The notes under the pieces are model-generated. The model saw only the letters and a list, made by a program, of their open reading frames with translations, had not been told where the DNA came from and made no database searches. From assembly GCA_943842625.1 (NCBI GenBank), contig CALTCK010000014.1, positions 32,449 to 96,448 of the forward strand: a DNA stretch of 64,000 nt, given 5' to 3'. Shown piece after piece: positions 21,353-31,657 of this stretch. Both the position numbers and the translations under genes were made by a program. The stretch is from an uncultured Flavobacteriaceae bacterium (GTDB taxonomy: Bacteria; Bacteroidota; Bacteroidia; Flavobacteriales; Flavobacteriaceae). Numbering within the stretch: position 1 is the stretch's first letter; every line of letters starts with the position of its first letter.

Positions 21353-24300
21353 ATGAGAACAAAGTTTAGTGGAATTTTAACGCTTTTACTAGCGTTTGTA
21401 GTGCAACTTACGTTCGCACAGGAAAAAACAATCTCCGGTACAGTATCCGATAATAGCGGACTACCTTTACCCGGAGTTAATATTATTGTAAAGGGCACAA
21501 GCAATGGAACACAATCTGACTTTGATGGTAACTATACTGTTAATGCAAATGTGGGACAAGCTTTAGTTTTTAGTTATGTAGGATTTAATTCTGTTGAAAG
21601 AGCTGTTACCGCAGCAACCAGCAACATTAGTCTGCAACTAACTGAAGACGCTGAATCTTTAGAGGAAGTGGTTGTAACTGCTTTAGGAATTAAAAAAGAA
21701 AAGAAAGCATTAGGATATGCGGTATCTTCTATAAAAGAAGAAGCTATTAAGGATAATCCTGAAACAGATTTAACTCGTGTACTTCAGGGTAAGACTGCTG
21801 GTATTGAGATTACAACTCAAAATGGTATTTCTGGTTCTGCTAATAAAGTAATTATTAGAGGTATGAACTCATTCTCTGGAAACAACAATGCATTGTATGT
21901 TATTGATGGTGTTCCTTACAGTAATGACACCAATGCTTCTGGAGACTTTGTTGATGGTAACTCTGGATCGAGTAGATCTTTTGATATCGACCCAAATAAT
22001 ATTGAGAATATAGATATTCTTAAAGGTCTAGCTGCAACAACCTTATATGGTACAGACGGTAGAAATGGGGTAATTTTAATTACAACTAAAACTGGTAGTA
22101 CAAAAAACATAAATGCAAAACAAGAAGTCAATATTTCAACCTCCTACTTTTTTAACGAAGTAGCTTCTCTTCCTGATTACCAGGATCAGTACGGTGGTGG
22201 TTTTGATCAAGCATTTGGTTGGTTTTACAGTAACTGGGGTCCTGGATTTTATGAAGAAGGTCTTGGAGGCTGGGGAAGTGATTCTGCTTTCGATGAAAAT
22301 GGAACACTAGCTCATCCTTATTCAACATCTGCATTCCTTGGATCTAACTACCCTGATTATCAAGCTTTGTACGAAGGAGCAAGATACGATTGGAAACCAA
22401 GAAACAGTGTTGAGCAATTTTTCAAGACTGGTGGTGTATCTAGTATTTCTGCAAACTTTAAAGGCAGAAGTGAGGATAACAAATACAATTACGGAATGGC
22501 CTTTGGTCAAGTTGAGGACGAAGGATTTACTCCAGGAAACAAAGTAACTAGAACTAACTTAACTGTTTCTGGTGGAGCTAAACTTACTAACAAATTAAAT
22601 GTTAGAGGTTCGATGACTTATACCAAAACAAATTTTAAAACACCTCCAGTAGCTGCTAGTTTTGGTAGTAGTACATTTGGTAGTGGTTCTTCTATTTTTG
22701 GAGATTTATATTATACACCTAGAAGTATTGATTTCTACGAGTTACCTTATGAGGCACCTGATGGAAGTAGTATATACTATAGAGATGATAATGCGATTCA
22801 ACATCCACTTTGGACAATTCAAAATGCTAAATTTTCTCAAAATGTAAATCGTTTGAATGGTTTTGCATCACTAGACTATAACTTCAATGATAATATTAAT
22901 CTAAGATATCAAGGAAGTATTGATACGTATTCAGAGAATAACGTAAACAAACAAAATAGAGGTGGACGAACCGGAGATCTTGTTACAGATTCAGGTTTTT
23001 ACAGTACATGGAATAATACGAATACAATCTCAGATCACAACTTAGTTTTAAGTGGTAATAATTATTCATTTTTGAATGATAATTTAGGTTTCAACTTTAT
23101 GGCCGGTGCTACCTCAAGAAACAGAAAGTTTGACAGAATAGGTATAAATAGTTATGGTCAACAAGTATTTGACTTCTTTAATCATGAAGGTTTTACTGAT
23201 TATGGTTACATAGAGTATCATGAAGAAAGAAATATTGTAGGTTTATATGGACAGTTATCTTTTGATGTAAATAACTGGGTTTTCTTAAACCTATCAGGAA
23301 GACAAGACTGGGTGTCTAACACTTCAAAAAATAACACGTTATTTTATCCTTCAGCAAGTATGTCTTTTATACCAACATCTGCATTTAAAGGTATGAAGTC
23401 TGATAAAGGAATTAACTATATGAAGTTAAGAGTTGGTTACGGTACTTCTGCAAACTTTTCTACAGGGTATCCAACAGCTACTGGCTTAAGTCTTAATACT
23501 CAAGGTTGGGTTGACGAGACGGAGAACACAACAAATTCTTTTGTAGGAAATCCAAATATCAAACCTGAGTTATTTGCTGAGATTGAATACGGTGTAGAAA
23601 TGAAGTTATTTAGTAGATTAAATCTTGATCTTACCTATTTTACTAGAATTACAGAAGATTTAATTATTGGTAACAATCCAATACCTTTAAGTACAGGAGC
23701 AGGGTTTACAAGTACCAATGTAGGAGAAATTAAATCTTGGGGGGTTGAAGCTGAATTAGGACTTGATGTTCTTAAAAGATCCGAAGGATTTAACTGGAAC
23801 GTAAATGTTAATTTCTTTGCCAATGAGACTGAAGTTACGGACATAGGCGATAATGATATTTTAATTTATGCAGGTTTTACCAATTTAGGTAATGGTGCAA
23901 GAGTTGGATACCCACTAGGAGCAATGTTTGGTTCTCGAATTGCCAGAGACGAAGACGGGAATCTGTTAGTTGATGGTGTAGGTAATTATCTTGCAGATCA
24001 GGTAGATGAAGATGGTGTATTACCTTTTATTGGAGATCCAAATCCTGATTTTGTAATGAACTATACCAATACATTTGAATATAAAGGACTATCTCTTGGA
24101 TTTCAGATTAACCATACCTCAGGTGGAGATATCTATTCAACAACAACTGCCACTCTTATGGGTAGAGGTTTAACAACAGATACTCAAGACAGATTAAGTA
24201 CTTACATCTTACCAGGTGTAAATATTAATACTGGTCTTCCAAATGATATTCAAATCAACAACTCAAATTTCTATTTTGATAATGGATTTGCTTCACCAGC

Positions 24301-24577
24301 AGATGAATTATCTGTATATGATGGATCTGTAGTAAGATTAAGAGAAGTTAATGTAGCATATTCTTTACCTTCAAAACTTTTAGACAAAACACCTTTTGGA
24401 AAAGTTACTATAAAAGCTAGCGCTTTTAATATGTGGTACAATGCTTATAACACCCCTGACGGAGTTAACTTTGATCCTAATACTACTGGTCTTGGTGCTG
24501 GTAATGGTCAAGGGTTTGAGTTCCTAACAGGACCAAGTAGTAAAAGATATGGTATGAGTGTTAATTTATCATTTTAA
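21353..24577 (+). CDS. SusC/RagA family TonB-dependent transporter
   Basis: N-terminal CarboxypepD-like domain (LPGVNIIVKGT), LEEVVVTALG, ILKGLAATTLYG..NGVILITTK plug motif, C-terminal NLSF. Confidence 0.97.
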   Translation: MRTKFSGILTLLLAFVVQLTFAQEKTISGTVSDNSGLPLPGVNIIVKGTSNGTQSDFDGNYTVNANVGQALVFSYVGFNSVERAVTAATSNISLQLTEDAESLEEVVVTALGIKKEKKALGYAVSSIKEEAIKDNPETDLTRVLQGKTAGIEITTQNGISGSANKVIIRGMNSFSGNNNALYVIDGVPYSNDTNASGDFVDGNSGSSRSFDIDPNNIENIDILKGLAATTLYGTDGRNGVILITTKTGSTKNINAKQEVNISTSYFFNEVASLPDYQDQYGGGFDQAFGWFYSNWGPGFYEEGLGGWGSDSAFDENGTLAHPYSTSAFLGSNYPDYQALYEGARYDWKPRNSVEQFFKTGGVSSISANFKGRSEDNKYNYGMAFGQVEDEGFTPGNKVTRTNLTVSGGAKLTNKLNVRGSMTYTKTNFKTPPVAASFGSSTFGSGSSIFGDLYYTPRSIDFYELPYEAPDGSSIYYRDDNAIQHPLWTIQNAKFSQNVNRLNGFASLDYNFNDNINLRYQGSIDTYSENNVNKQNRGGRTGDLVTDSGFYSTWNNTNTISDHNLVLSGNNYSFLNDNLGFNFMAGATSRNRKFDRIGINSYGQQVFDFFNHEGFTDYGYIEYHEERNIVGLYGQLSFDVNNWVFLNLSGRQDWVSNTSKNNTLFYPSASMSFIPTSAFKGMKSDKGINYMKLRVGYGTSANFSTGYPTATGLSLNTQGWVDETENTTNSFVGNPNIKPELFAEIEYGVEMKLFSRLNLDLTYFTRITEDLIIGNNPIPLSTGAGFTSTNVGEIKSWGVEAELGLDVLKRSEGFNWNVNVNFFANETEVTDIGDNDILIYAGFTNLGNGARVGYPLGAMFGSRIARDEDGNLLVDGVGNYLADQVDEDGVLPFIGDPNPDFVMNYTNTFEYKGLSLGFQINHTSGGDIYSTTTATLMGRGLTTDTQDRLSTYILPGVNINTGLPNDIQINNSNFYFDNGFASPADELSVYDGSVVRLREVNVAYSLPSKLLDKTPFGKVTIKASAFNMWYNAYNTPDGVNFDPNTTGLGAGNGQGFEFLTGPSSKRYGMSVNLSF

Positions 24578-24598
24578 TAATATAAATCAAGAATAAAA

Positions 24599-26287
24599 AT
24601 GAAAAAAATAAATAAAATTTCAGTATTATTAATTCTACTTCTTGGATTGACCTTCACTTCTTGTGAAACGACAGATTTAGATTTAGTAAATGATCCAAAT
24701 CAAGTTACCGTAGTAAATGGTGATTTAGAAAGATACATGACAGCTATTCAAGTAGACTTTAAGAGTTTTGCAAACGCTATGGGTGGTAATGGAGCTGCAT
24801 TAGTAAGAATTGGCCAAATGGGGTCTGTTAATTACGTAAATGCATTTTCACCTGCCAGCACGAATTTTGAATGGAGATTAGCTTATTCAAATATGTTTTC
24901 TGACATGAAGAATGCAGAAGAATTAGCAACTAGTCTTGGAGGAAGAAATAAACATGTTGGTGTTATGAAAGTTTTAAAAGCTTATACACTAATGACTTTA
25001 GTCGATTACTTTGGAGATGTTCCATTTTCTGAAGCAACTAACCTCTCTGATTTCCCACAGCCAAGCCTAGACGATGATGCTGCTGTTTATGCAGCTGTAA
25101 TTAGTATGCTAGATGAGGCTAAAACTTTATTGCAAGACGATGAGAGTATTAGCATAGGCGTTGATTATTACTATAATAACAACTTTGACAGGTGGGTAAA
25201 ACTTGCAAATACATTAAAAATGAACGCTTACCTCAACACAAGACTAGTAGACGGTGATGCAATTAATAAACTTAATGCAATTGCAAATTCTGGTAATTTT
25301 ATAGCATCGACTGCTGATGATTTCCAATTTAGATACGATGTTGTTGTAAACAATCAAATTGACTCAAGACATCCTGGCTACCAGTCAGACTATACTGCTG
25401 GAGGTGTAACTGGTTATCAGTCTAACTGGATGATGGATCAAATGCTACAAGACGGTGATCCTAGAATACGATACTATTATTACAGACAAAACGAGTGTAC
25501 GCCGAATAGTGTTGGTGAAGATGGGGCAACTTGTCCTCCTAATCCAGAAGCATTATTTTGTTCTACTCAAGCTAAACCTGTACATTACCCTGGAAGTATG
25601 GTTTTCTGTAGTGTTGAAAATGGATATTGGGGAAGAGATCATGGATTTGGCGGAGGTATTCCACCAGATACTTTCTTGAGAACTGGTCGTGGAGTTTACC
25701 CAGTTGGTGGTAACTATGACGATAGCCGATTTGCATCGGTTGGCCTTGAACAAGGTGGTGGTGGTGCCGGTATTACACCAATCTGGTTAGCCTCATGGTC
25801 ACATTTTATGTTAGCTGAAGTTGCTTTAGTTTCAGGTGGTGCTGCAAGTGGATATCTTCAAGATGCCATGCAAATATCTATCGATAAAGTTATGAGTTTT
25901 GGATCTCTTGACGGAGAAGCAGATCTATCAACGACAGATAATGGTGGAACCGTACCTACATCAGGAACCGTAAGTGATTATATTTCAGCAAAAGTTACTG
26001 AGTTTAGTAATGGAGATATGGCAACCAAGTGGAACATATTAGGTTTACAGAGTTTTGTAGCTCATTATGGAAACGGATCAAATTCTTACAACTACTACAG
26101 AAGAACAGGTTACCCAACAACTTTGCAGTTCACGGTTGAGCCTACTCCTGGAAATTTTGTTAGATCATTTTTCTACCCTGCTGATGAAGCAACACCTAAT
26201 CCAAATGTTGAACAAAAACCAAATGTAGATGGTCAAGTTTTTTGGGATAATAATCCTTCATCACCTGGATTTCCATCAGCTAATTAA
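24599..26287 (+). CDS. SusD/RagB family lipoprotein
   Basis: Lipobox FTSC, LVDYFGDVPFSEA, WVKLANTLK, YRRTGYP; directly after susC. Confidence 0.95.
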   Translation: MKKINKISVLLILLLGLTFTSCETTDLDLVNDPNQVTVVNGDLERYMTAIQVDFKSFANAMGGNGAALVRIGQMGSVNYVNAFSPASTNFEWRLAYSNMFSDMKNAEELATSLGGRNKHVGVMKVLKAYTLMTLVDYFGDVPFSEATNLSDFPQPSLDDDAAVYAAVISMLDEAKTLLQDDESISIGVDYYYNNNFDRWVKLANTLKMNAYLNTRLVDGDAINKLNAIANSGNFIASTADDFQFRYDVVVNNQIDSRHPGYQSDYTAGGVTGYQSNWMMDQMLQDGDPRIRYYYYRQNECTPNSVGEDGATCPPNPEALFCSTQAKPVHYPGSMVFCSVENGYWGRDHGFGGGIPPDTFLRTGRGVYPVGGNYDDSRFASVGLEQGGGGAGITPIWLASWSHFMLAEVALVSGGAASGYLQDAMQISIDKVMSFGSLDGEADLSTTDNGGTVPTSGTVSDYISAKVTEFSNGDMATKWNILGLQSFVAHYGNGSNSYNYYRRTGYPTTLQFTVEPTPGNFVRSFFYPADEATPNPNVEQKPNVDGQVFWDNNPSSPGFPSAN

Positions 26288-26304
26288 TACAAAAACAAAT
26301 AATT

Positions 26305-26898
26305 ATGAAAAACATATTTAAATCAATATTTATAGCAATTCTTGTCCTTGGGAGTTTTACTTCTTGTGAGGAAAGCGATTTAGCAATTGACACATTGTAC
26401 GACGAAGTTGATACTACTGGAGCAGCCTTAAGAATGTTATCATATCCTGAGGATTTGGTAAACATTTCTGGCGGAAATTTTTCAAACTGTATGTGCTATA
26501 CTATGGAAGTACAAGAGGGACAAGGAACTCCAACTCCAGATTTTAAAGAAGTGCGTGTTTATTTTTCATCTTATAATGATCAAGACACTGAATTTCCGAC
26601 TACGGATACCGACGGTAATGAGTTTTCAGAGGTTTTATACCAGACGATTACCAATCCAGAATTTGATCAGTTAAGTTCCGTAAACAATTTACCAATGTAT
26701 GAATTGAGTATTCCAATGGAGGAATTAATAACTGCATTTCCTGGAGCACAATTTACTGTTCCTTCTTTTATCATAACTCGTTTTGAGTTAGAGATGAATG
26801 ATGGTAGAATTTGGACTGTTGATAATGCAGGAGCTACTATGAGTGGTCCGTATTTTGAGTCTGCATTCGCTAGAAAAACTATATTTTTAAATATTTAA
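26305..26898 (+). CDS. hypothetical acidic surface lipoprotein
   Basis: Lipobox FTSC followed by acidic EESD; last gene before the terminator of the susCD unit. Confidence 0.8.
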   Translation: MKNIFKSIFIAILVLGSFTSCEESDLAIDTLYDEVDTTGAALRMLSYPEDLVNISGGNFSNCMCYTMEVQEGQGTPTPDFKEVRVYFSSYNDQDTEFPTTDTDGNEFSEVLYQTITNPEFDQLSSVNNLPMYELSIPMEELITAFPGAQFTVPSFIITRFELEMNDGRIWTVDNAGATMSGPYFESAFARKTIFLNI

Positions 26899-26919
26899 TA
26901 TAGTTTAAATAAATTTTTT

Positions 26920-26956
26920 AAAAGCTAGGGTTTAAAAAAATCTTAGCTTTTTTTTT
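26920..26956 (+). terminator. intrinsic terminator of the susCD-lipoprotein unit
   Basis: AAAAGCTAGGGTTT-aaaa-AAATCTTAGCTTTT plus T-tract. Confidence 0.75.
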
Positions 26957-27011
26957 AGTTAAAGTTTTAAAAAAAACACAAATTACAACGAATAGTAAAA
27001 TATTATTTTTA

Positions 27012-27019
27012 TATATTTG
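27012..27019 (+). promoter_or_regulatory. -7 promoter element (TATATTTG)
   Basis: TAnnTTTG match 31 nt upstream of the ATG at 27051. Confidence 0.65.
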
Positions 27020-27050
27020 TGTTTCATTAACTTTTTTAAAAAACATTATC

Positions 27051-27965
27051 ATGAAAAAAAATTATTTTTTAGTAGCGTTATTATCATTTGTTATGGTAAC
27101 AATGAACGCTCAATTTAGTGACGACATGGAATCATACGCTGACGGACAGCCAATTTTCGAAAATTGGTGGACTGATTGGGGTTGTGGTGGTGGAGCAGGA
27201 TGTGCAATTATGTCATCTTCTGCACAAGCTAACGACGGATCTCTTTCTGGTTTAATCCCAAGTGATGGATCAACAGATGCTGTATTAGATTTAGGAAACA
27301 AAATATTTGGTCAGTGGGCTTTAGAGTTCATGATGTACGTTCCAGCTGGAAAAACAGGATATTTTAACTTACAGGGTACTGTACCAATTGGTTCAGGAGA
27401 ATGGGTTGTTGGAAACATCTTCTTTAACCAAGACGGAGCTAATCCAGGAGGTGGATCAATTGATGATTCAGCATTAGGAGCAGTAGAATTTACATACCCA
27501 GAGGGAGAGTGGTTTTCAGTAGTAATGAATGTTGATATTTCATTAGGAATTGGATTAGCTACATGGCAATTTGCTGTTGCTGGAACTGACGTTCTTCCAG
27601 AAGGAACTCCATTCACAAGTGCTGATGGAACAACTGCATCTTCTTTAGGTGGAATTGACTTTTTCTCAATTGATGCTAACAACGAGTATTACATAGATAC
27701 AGTAAATTACGTTGAAGGTTTCTTAGGAACTGATAGTTTTGACTCTAAAGGATTTAGATCTGCAATGAGCAATGGAACTTTAACATTAAGAGCTCAAGAA
27801 AACATTAACTCTGTTGCAATTTACAACATGTTAGGACAGCAAGTATACAATGCTAACGTGAATTCAATGAATTCTACAGTTAACATGTCTAACTTAGCAA
27901 ATGGAACTTACATTGTAAAAGTTAACATCAACGGTGTTGAAGGATCTGTAAAAGTTATTAAATAA
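27051..27965 (+). CDS. T9SS type A sorting domain-containing secreted protein
   Basis: Signal peptide ending NAQ; C-terminal domain IYNMLGQQV...LANGTYIVKV...VKVIK; beta-rich acidic passenger. Confidence 0.9.
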   Translation: MKKNYFLVALLSFVMVTMNAQFSDDMESYADGQPIFENWWTDWGCGGGAGCAIMSSSAQANDGSLSGLIPSDGSTDAVLDLGNKIFGQWALEFMMYVPAGKTGYFNLQGTVPIGSGEWVVGNIFFNQDGANPGGGSIDDSALGAVEFTYPEGEWFSVVMNVDISLGIGLATWQFAVAGTDVLPEGTPFTSADGTTASSLGGIDFFSIDANNEYYIDTVNYVEGFLGTDSFDSKGFRSAMSNGTLTLRAQENINSVAIYNMLGQQVYNANVNSMNSTVNMSNLANGTYIVKVNINGVEGSVKVIK

Positions 27966-27988
27966 TAACTTTTAGATTTAAAATTTTT

Positions 27989-28021
27989 AAAAAAGACTGT
28001 CTTTTCAGACAGTCTTTTTTT
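27989..28021 (+). terminator. intrinsic terminator
   Basis: AAAAAAGACTGTCT-TTTC-AGACAGTCTTTTTT perfect stem plus T-tract. Confidence 0.9.
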
Positions 28022-28038
28022 ATACCCATAAATTAATT

Positions 28039-28779
28039 ATGAAAAATAGAGAGAATACTATTTTTGGAATACACCCTGTTATAGAGGCTCTGAACTCAGA
28101 GCTAGTTATAGATAAGTTATTTTTACAAAAAGAATCTAACAATTCAAAAATACAAGAGATTGTAACTATTTCTGAAAAAAGTGATGTTACAATTAATTAT
28201 GTCCCAGTTGAAAAACTAAATCGATTGACTAAAGGAAATCACCAGGGAGTTGTTGCTGTTACCTCTCCAATTTCGTTTTATTCTTTAGAAAGTCTCGTTG
28301 AAAATATAATTCAAAAAAAAGAAAAACCTCTATTTTTAATTTTAGACCAACTAAGCGATGTTCGAAATTTTGGAGCTATCATTAGAACTGCAGAATGTAC
28401 AGGTGTTGATGCTATAATTATTCAAAAAAAGGGGGGAGCTCCGGTTACTGGAGATACAATTAAAACTTCAGCAGGAGCAATTTTTAAAATTCCTATTTGT
28501 AAAGTAGATCACATTAAAGATGCCATTTTTTATCTTAAGGCTAGTAATATTACTACCATTGCAGGTACAGAAAAAACCAACGAAACTATCTATGATTTAA
28601 ATTTAAATGGCCCACTAGCTATCATTATGGGATCTGAAGGAAAAGGAGTTTCAAAATCAGTTTTAAATATCGTTGATCAAAAGGCTGCTTTACCTTTGTT
28701 GGGAGACATAAATTCATTAAATGTTTCGGTAGCATGTGGCGCTTTACTCTATGAAGTGCTAAGACAAAGAAATTTATAA
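28039..28779 (+). CDS. rlmB: 23S rRNA (guanosine-2251-2'-O)-methyltransferase
   Basis: NHQGVVA, DVRNFGAIIRTA, GSEGKG, SLNVSVA SpoU motifs. Confidence 0.95.
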   Translation: MKNRENTIFGIHPVIEALNSELVIDKLFLQKESNNSKIQEIVTISEKSDVTINYVPVEKLNRLTKGNHQGVVAVTSPISFYSLESLVENIIQKKEKPLFLILDQLSDVRNFGAIIRTAECTGVDAIIIQKKGGAPVTGDTIKTSAGAIFKIPICKVDHIKDAIFYLKASNITTIAGTEKTNETIYDLNLNGPLAIIMGSEGKGVSKSVLNIVDQKAALPLLGDINSLNVSVACGALLYEVLRQRNL

Positions 28780-29523
28780 ATTATCCTCTCTTTTTGGTTT
28801 CTTTTTCTTTAAAATATAATTAACGGTAGTTGAGTTTTCTTTTATATCCCTTAAGTCAGAATCAGTTTCTATAAAGTTACCATCTTTATCAAAATTTTTC
28901 ATAAAAGGATCGTTGCTTGGATCATAGTCTTCCTTTTGCCAAGCATATTTTTTATTTGAAAGTGACTGTTTATTGAAAATAAACGCAAAAAGAACACCGA
29001 CTAGAAAGCCTGATAAATGTCCCTCCCATGAAATTTTTGGATCTGTCGGAAAAATATACCAAATAAAACTTCCATATAAAAATATAACTCCAAAAGACAG
29101 GGCTGTTAACTGGTATTGTTTAGAGATGATTCCCCTAAACATTAAAAAGGCTGTTAGCATATAAATAACTCCGCTTGCTCCTATGTGCAATGAGGGCCTG
29201 CCAATTAACCAGGTTAAGAAACCTGTAAGCAATAAGCCATAGATTAAAACTTTCCATCTAATTGTTCTGTAAAAATAAAATAAAGCGGTACTGAGCACTA
29301 GCAGAGGAACCGAATTGTTGAAGAGATGTTTCGTGTCGCCATGTATAAATGGACTAAAAAGTATCCCTCTTAAACCTTCAAGTTTTCTAGGATAAATTCC
29401 TAAATAATTAAAGTTGAAGTTAAATATCGACTCCATCCAAAAAATCACAACTATAGATAGTAATATTAATAGAGGATACAACAAGACATCATTCGAATAA
29501 TACAATTCATTTTTACGATACAT
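28774..29523 (-). CDS. rhomboid family intramembrane serine protease
   Basis: HLFNN, GASG (catalytic Ser), SWEGHLSG (catalytic His). Confidence 0.93.
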   Translation of the reverse strand: MYRKNELYYSNDVLLYPLLILLSIVVIFWMESIFNFNFNYLGIYPRKLEGLRGILFSPFIHGDTKHLFNNSVPLLVLSTALFYFYRTIRWKVLIYGLLLTGFLTWLIGRPSLHIGASGVIYMLTAFLMFRGIISKQYQLTALSFGVIFLYGSFIWYIFPTDPKISWEGHLSGFLVGVLFAFIFNKQSLSNKKYAWQKEDYDPSNDPFMKNFDKDGNFIETDSDLRDIKENSTTVNYILKKKKPKREDNL

Positions 29524-29612
29524 ACTTATTTAACTTCAAAAAACAAACCTAAATTAAAAATTCGGTTAAATTGTCAGTTATCGCATTTGAATAAAATTGT
29601 ATTTTTACAACT

Positions 29613-30890
29613 ATGAGTATTCCTTTAGCAGAAAGAATTAGGCCAAAAAAATTAGATGATTATCTTAGTCAGAAACATCTAGTAGGTAAAAATGGGACTC
29701 TTAAAGCACAGCTAAGTACAAACATGCTTTCGTCGATGATATTTTGGGGTCCTCCCGGCACTGGAAAAACTACCTTAGCAACGATTTTAGCAGAAGAATC
29801 TAATAGACCTTTTTATGCATTAAGTGCAATTGATAGTGGAGTAGCTGCAATTAGAGAGGTGATAGAAAAAGCAAAAAAGAGCAATACCCTTTTCTCTAAT
29901 AAAAATCCGATATTATTTATTGATGAAATACATCGATTTAGTAAATCTCAACAAGATTCCCTACTAAAAGCAGTAGAAAAAGGTTGGATCACTTTATTTG
30001 GAGCAACTACTGAAAACCCAAGTTTTGAAGTAATTCCCGCACTCTTATCTCGATGCCAAGTCTATACCCTTAATCCTTTTACAAAAAAAGATTTAGAACA
30101 GCTTTTAAGCCGTGCAATACTCGAAGATGATTTCTTGTCTAAAAAAAGAATAAAACTAAAGGAAACAGGGGCTCTCATGCGTTTATCAGGAGGAGACGCT
30201 AGAAAACTTTTAAATATACTTGAGTTGGTTGTCCTTTCAGAAAGTTCGGAGACTGTTACTCTAACTAATGATATGGTTTTGAATAAGGTTCAAAACAATA
30301 CTGTCTTGTATGACAAAACCGGTGAACGACATTACGATATCATATCAGCATTTATTAAATCAATTAGAGGAAGTGATCCTAATGCAGCTGTTTACTGGCT
30401 GGCAAGGATGGTTGAAGGTGGTGAAGATTTAAAATTTATTGCTAGAAGATTAATCATTTTAGCTTCTGAAGATATTGGAAATGCAAATCCAACCGCATTG
30501 GTACTTGCTAACTCAACTTTTCAAGCTATTACTACCATTGGTTATCCAGAAGCTCGTATCATACTCAGTCAATGTGTAGTTTATTTGGCCTCTTCTCCAA
30601 AAAGTAATGCTTCCTATCTAGCAATCAAAGAAGCACAAAAAATAGTTAAACAAACTGGAGATCTTCCAGTTCCATTAGCTATTAGAAATGCTCCCACAAA
30701 ACTGATGCAAGAATTAGGGTATGGAAAACAATACCAGTATGCTCATGATTATGAAGGAAATTTTGTAAAACAAGAATTTTTACCAGAACAACTAAAAGGT
30801 CAGCAAATTTATACTCCGGGAAAAAACAAAAAAGAGAATGAATTTAGAAACTATCTCAAAGGTCTTTGGAAAAATAAATATGATTATTAA
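29613..30890 (+). CDS. rarA: replication-associated recombination protein A (MgsA AAA+ ATPase)
   Basis: [38 protein letters not shown]. Confidence 0.96.
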   Translation: MSIPLAERIRPKKLDDYLSQKHLVGKNGTLKAQLSTNMLSSMIFWGPPGTGKTTLATILAEESNRPFYALSAIDSGVAAIREVIEKAKKSNTLFSNKNPILFIDEIHRFSKSQQDSLLKAVEKGWITLFGATTENPSFEVIPALLSRCQVYTLNPFTKKDLEQLLSRAILEDDFLSKKRIKLKETGALMRLSGGDARKLLNILELVVLSESSETVTLTNDMVLNKVQNNTVLYDKTGERHYDIISAFIKSIRGSDPNAAVYWLARMVEGGEDLKFIARRLIILASEDIGNANPTALVLANSTFQAITTIGYPEARIILSQCVVYLASSPKSNASYLAIKEAQKIVKQTGDLPVPLAIRNAPTKLMQELGYGKQYQYAHDYEGNFVKQEFLPEQLKGQQIYTPGKNKKENEFRNYLKGLWKNKYDY

Positions 30891-31657
30891 TCTTGATATT
30901 GAAAGTTCACTTTATCCTCTCCCTCCCCTATGGTCAAATTATAAAACTCATCAAACTCGACTTTTAATTTTTTCTTTTGGGAATCTTCAAAAATCATTTT
31001 AGCGTCTTTGATTGTTATTTTTCCTTTTAATAACAAATCACTATTTGTTCCAATTTCTTCTTGATATAAAATATATCCTGTAGCTGTTTTTCGTAATAAA
31101 AATCTTTTATTTGAAAAAGTGTAGCTTGTGTAGCTTGATTTTGGAAGATTAGCTATTGCTTGCGGATAAGTAGCTAGATTGTTTTTTTGAGGAACTTCTA
31201 ATTGCAAGGTTTTATTTTTTACTTCCTTTTGGTGAATATCCATAGAAATAAATTCATCAAAAGCTTCTCTCATAGATTCGTAATAAGCCTTCTTGTAGTC
31301 TTTAATTTTACTTTTACCGAATTTAGTTCTGTAGACTTCATTTCCGTTACAATCGCTGAGTATAAGTTGAATTTTAGTAATAATAAATCCGGGAGCACCT
31401 TCTGCTTCAACCCATAATCCATCACATCGCTTGACATTTGTAGGTACTTCTGCATTAAAAAAAGCATGAAACCCAAATTTATTAAATAAAAATTTTGTGA
31501 GGGAGTTTAATTGATATTTATCTTTTTCATTTTGAAATTCAAACTGCTCAGAAATTACCACATAGGTATAATCACTTAATGATTTTTGAGAAAAACTACT
31601 AAAAGAGATACCCAAACAAAAAAATACAAGTAAAAGAATGCTATTTATTTTCATCAA
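30887..31657 (-). CDS. hypothetical exported protein
   Basis: Signal peptide ending FSQ; YQLNSLTKFLFNKFGF segment typical of a Flavobacteriaceae-restricted family; no function recognised. Confidence 0.75.
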   Translation of the reverse strand: MMKINSILLLVFFCLGISFSSFSQKSLSDYTYVVISEQFEFQNEKDKYQLNSLTKFLFNKFGFHAFFNAEVPTNVKRCDGLWVEAEGAPGFIITKIQLILSDCNGNEVYRTKFGKSKIKDYKKAYYESMREAFDEFISMDIHQKEVKNKTLQLEVPQKNNLATYPQAIANLPKSSYTSYTFSNKRFLLRKTATGYILYQEEIGTNSDLLLKGKITIKDAKMIFEDSQKKKLKVEFDEFYNLTIGEGEDKVNFQYQD

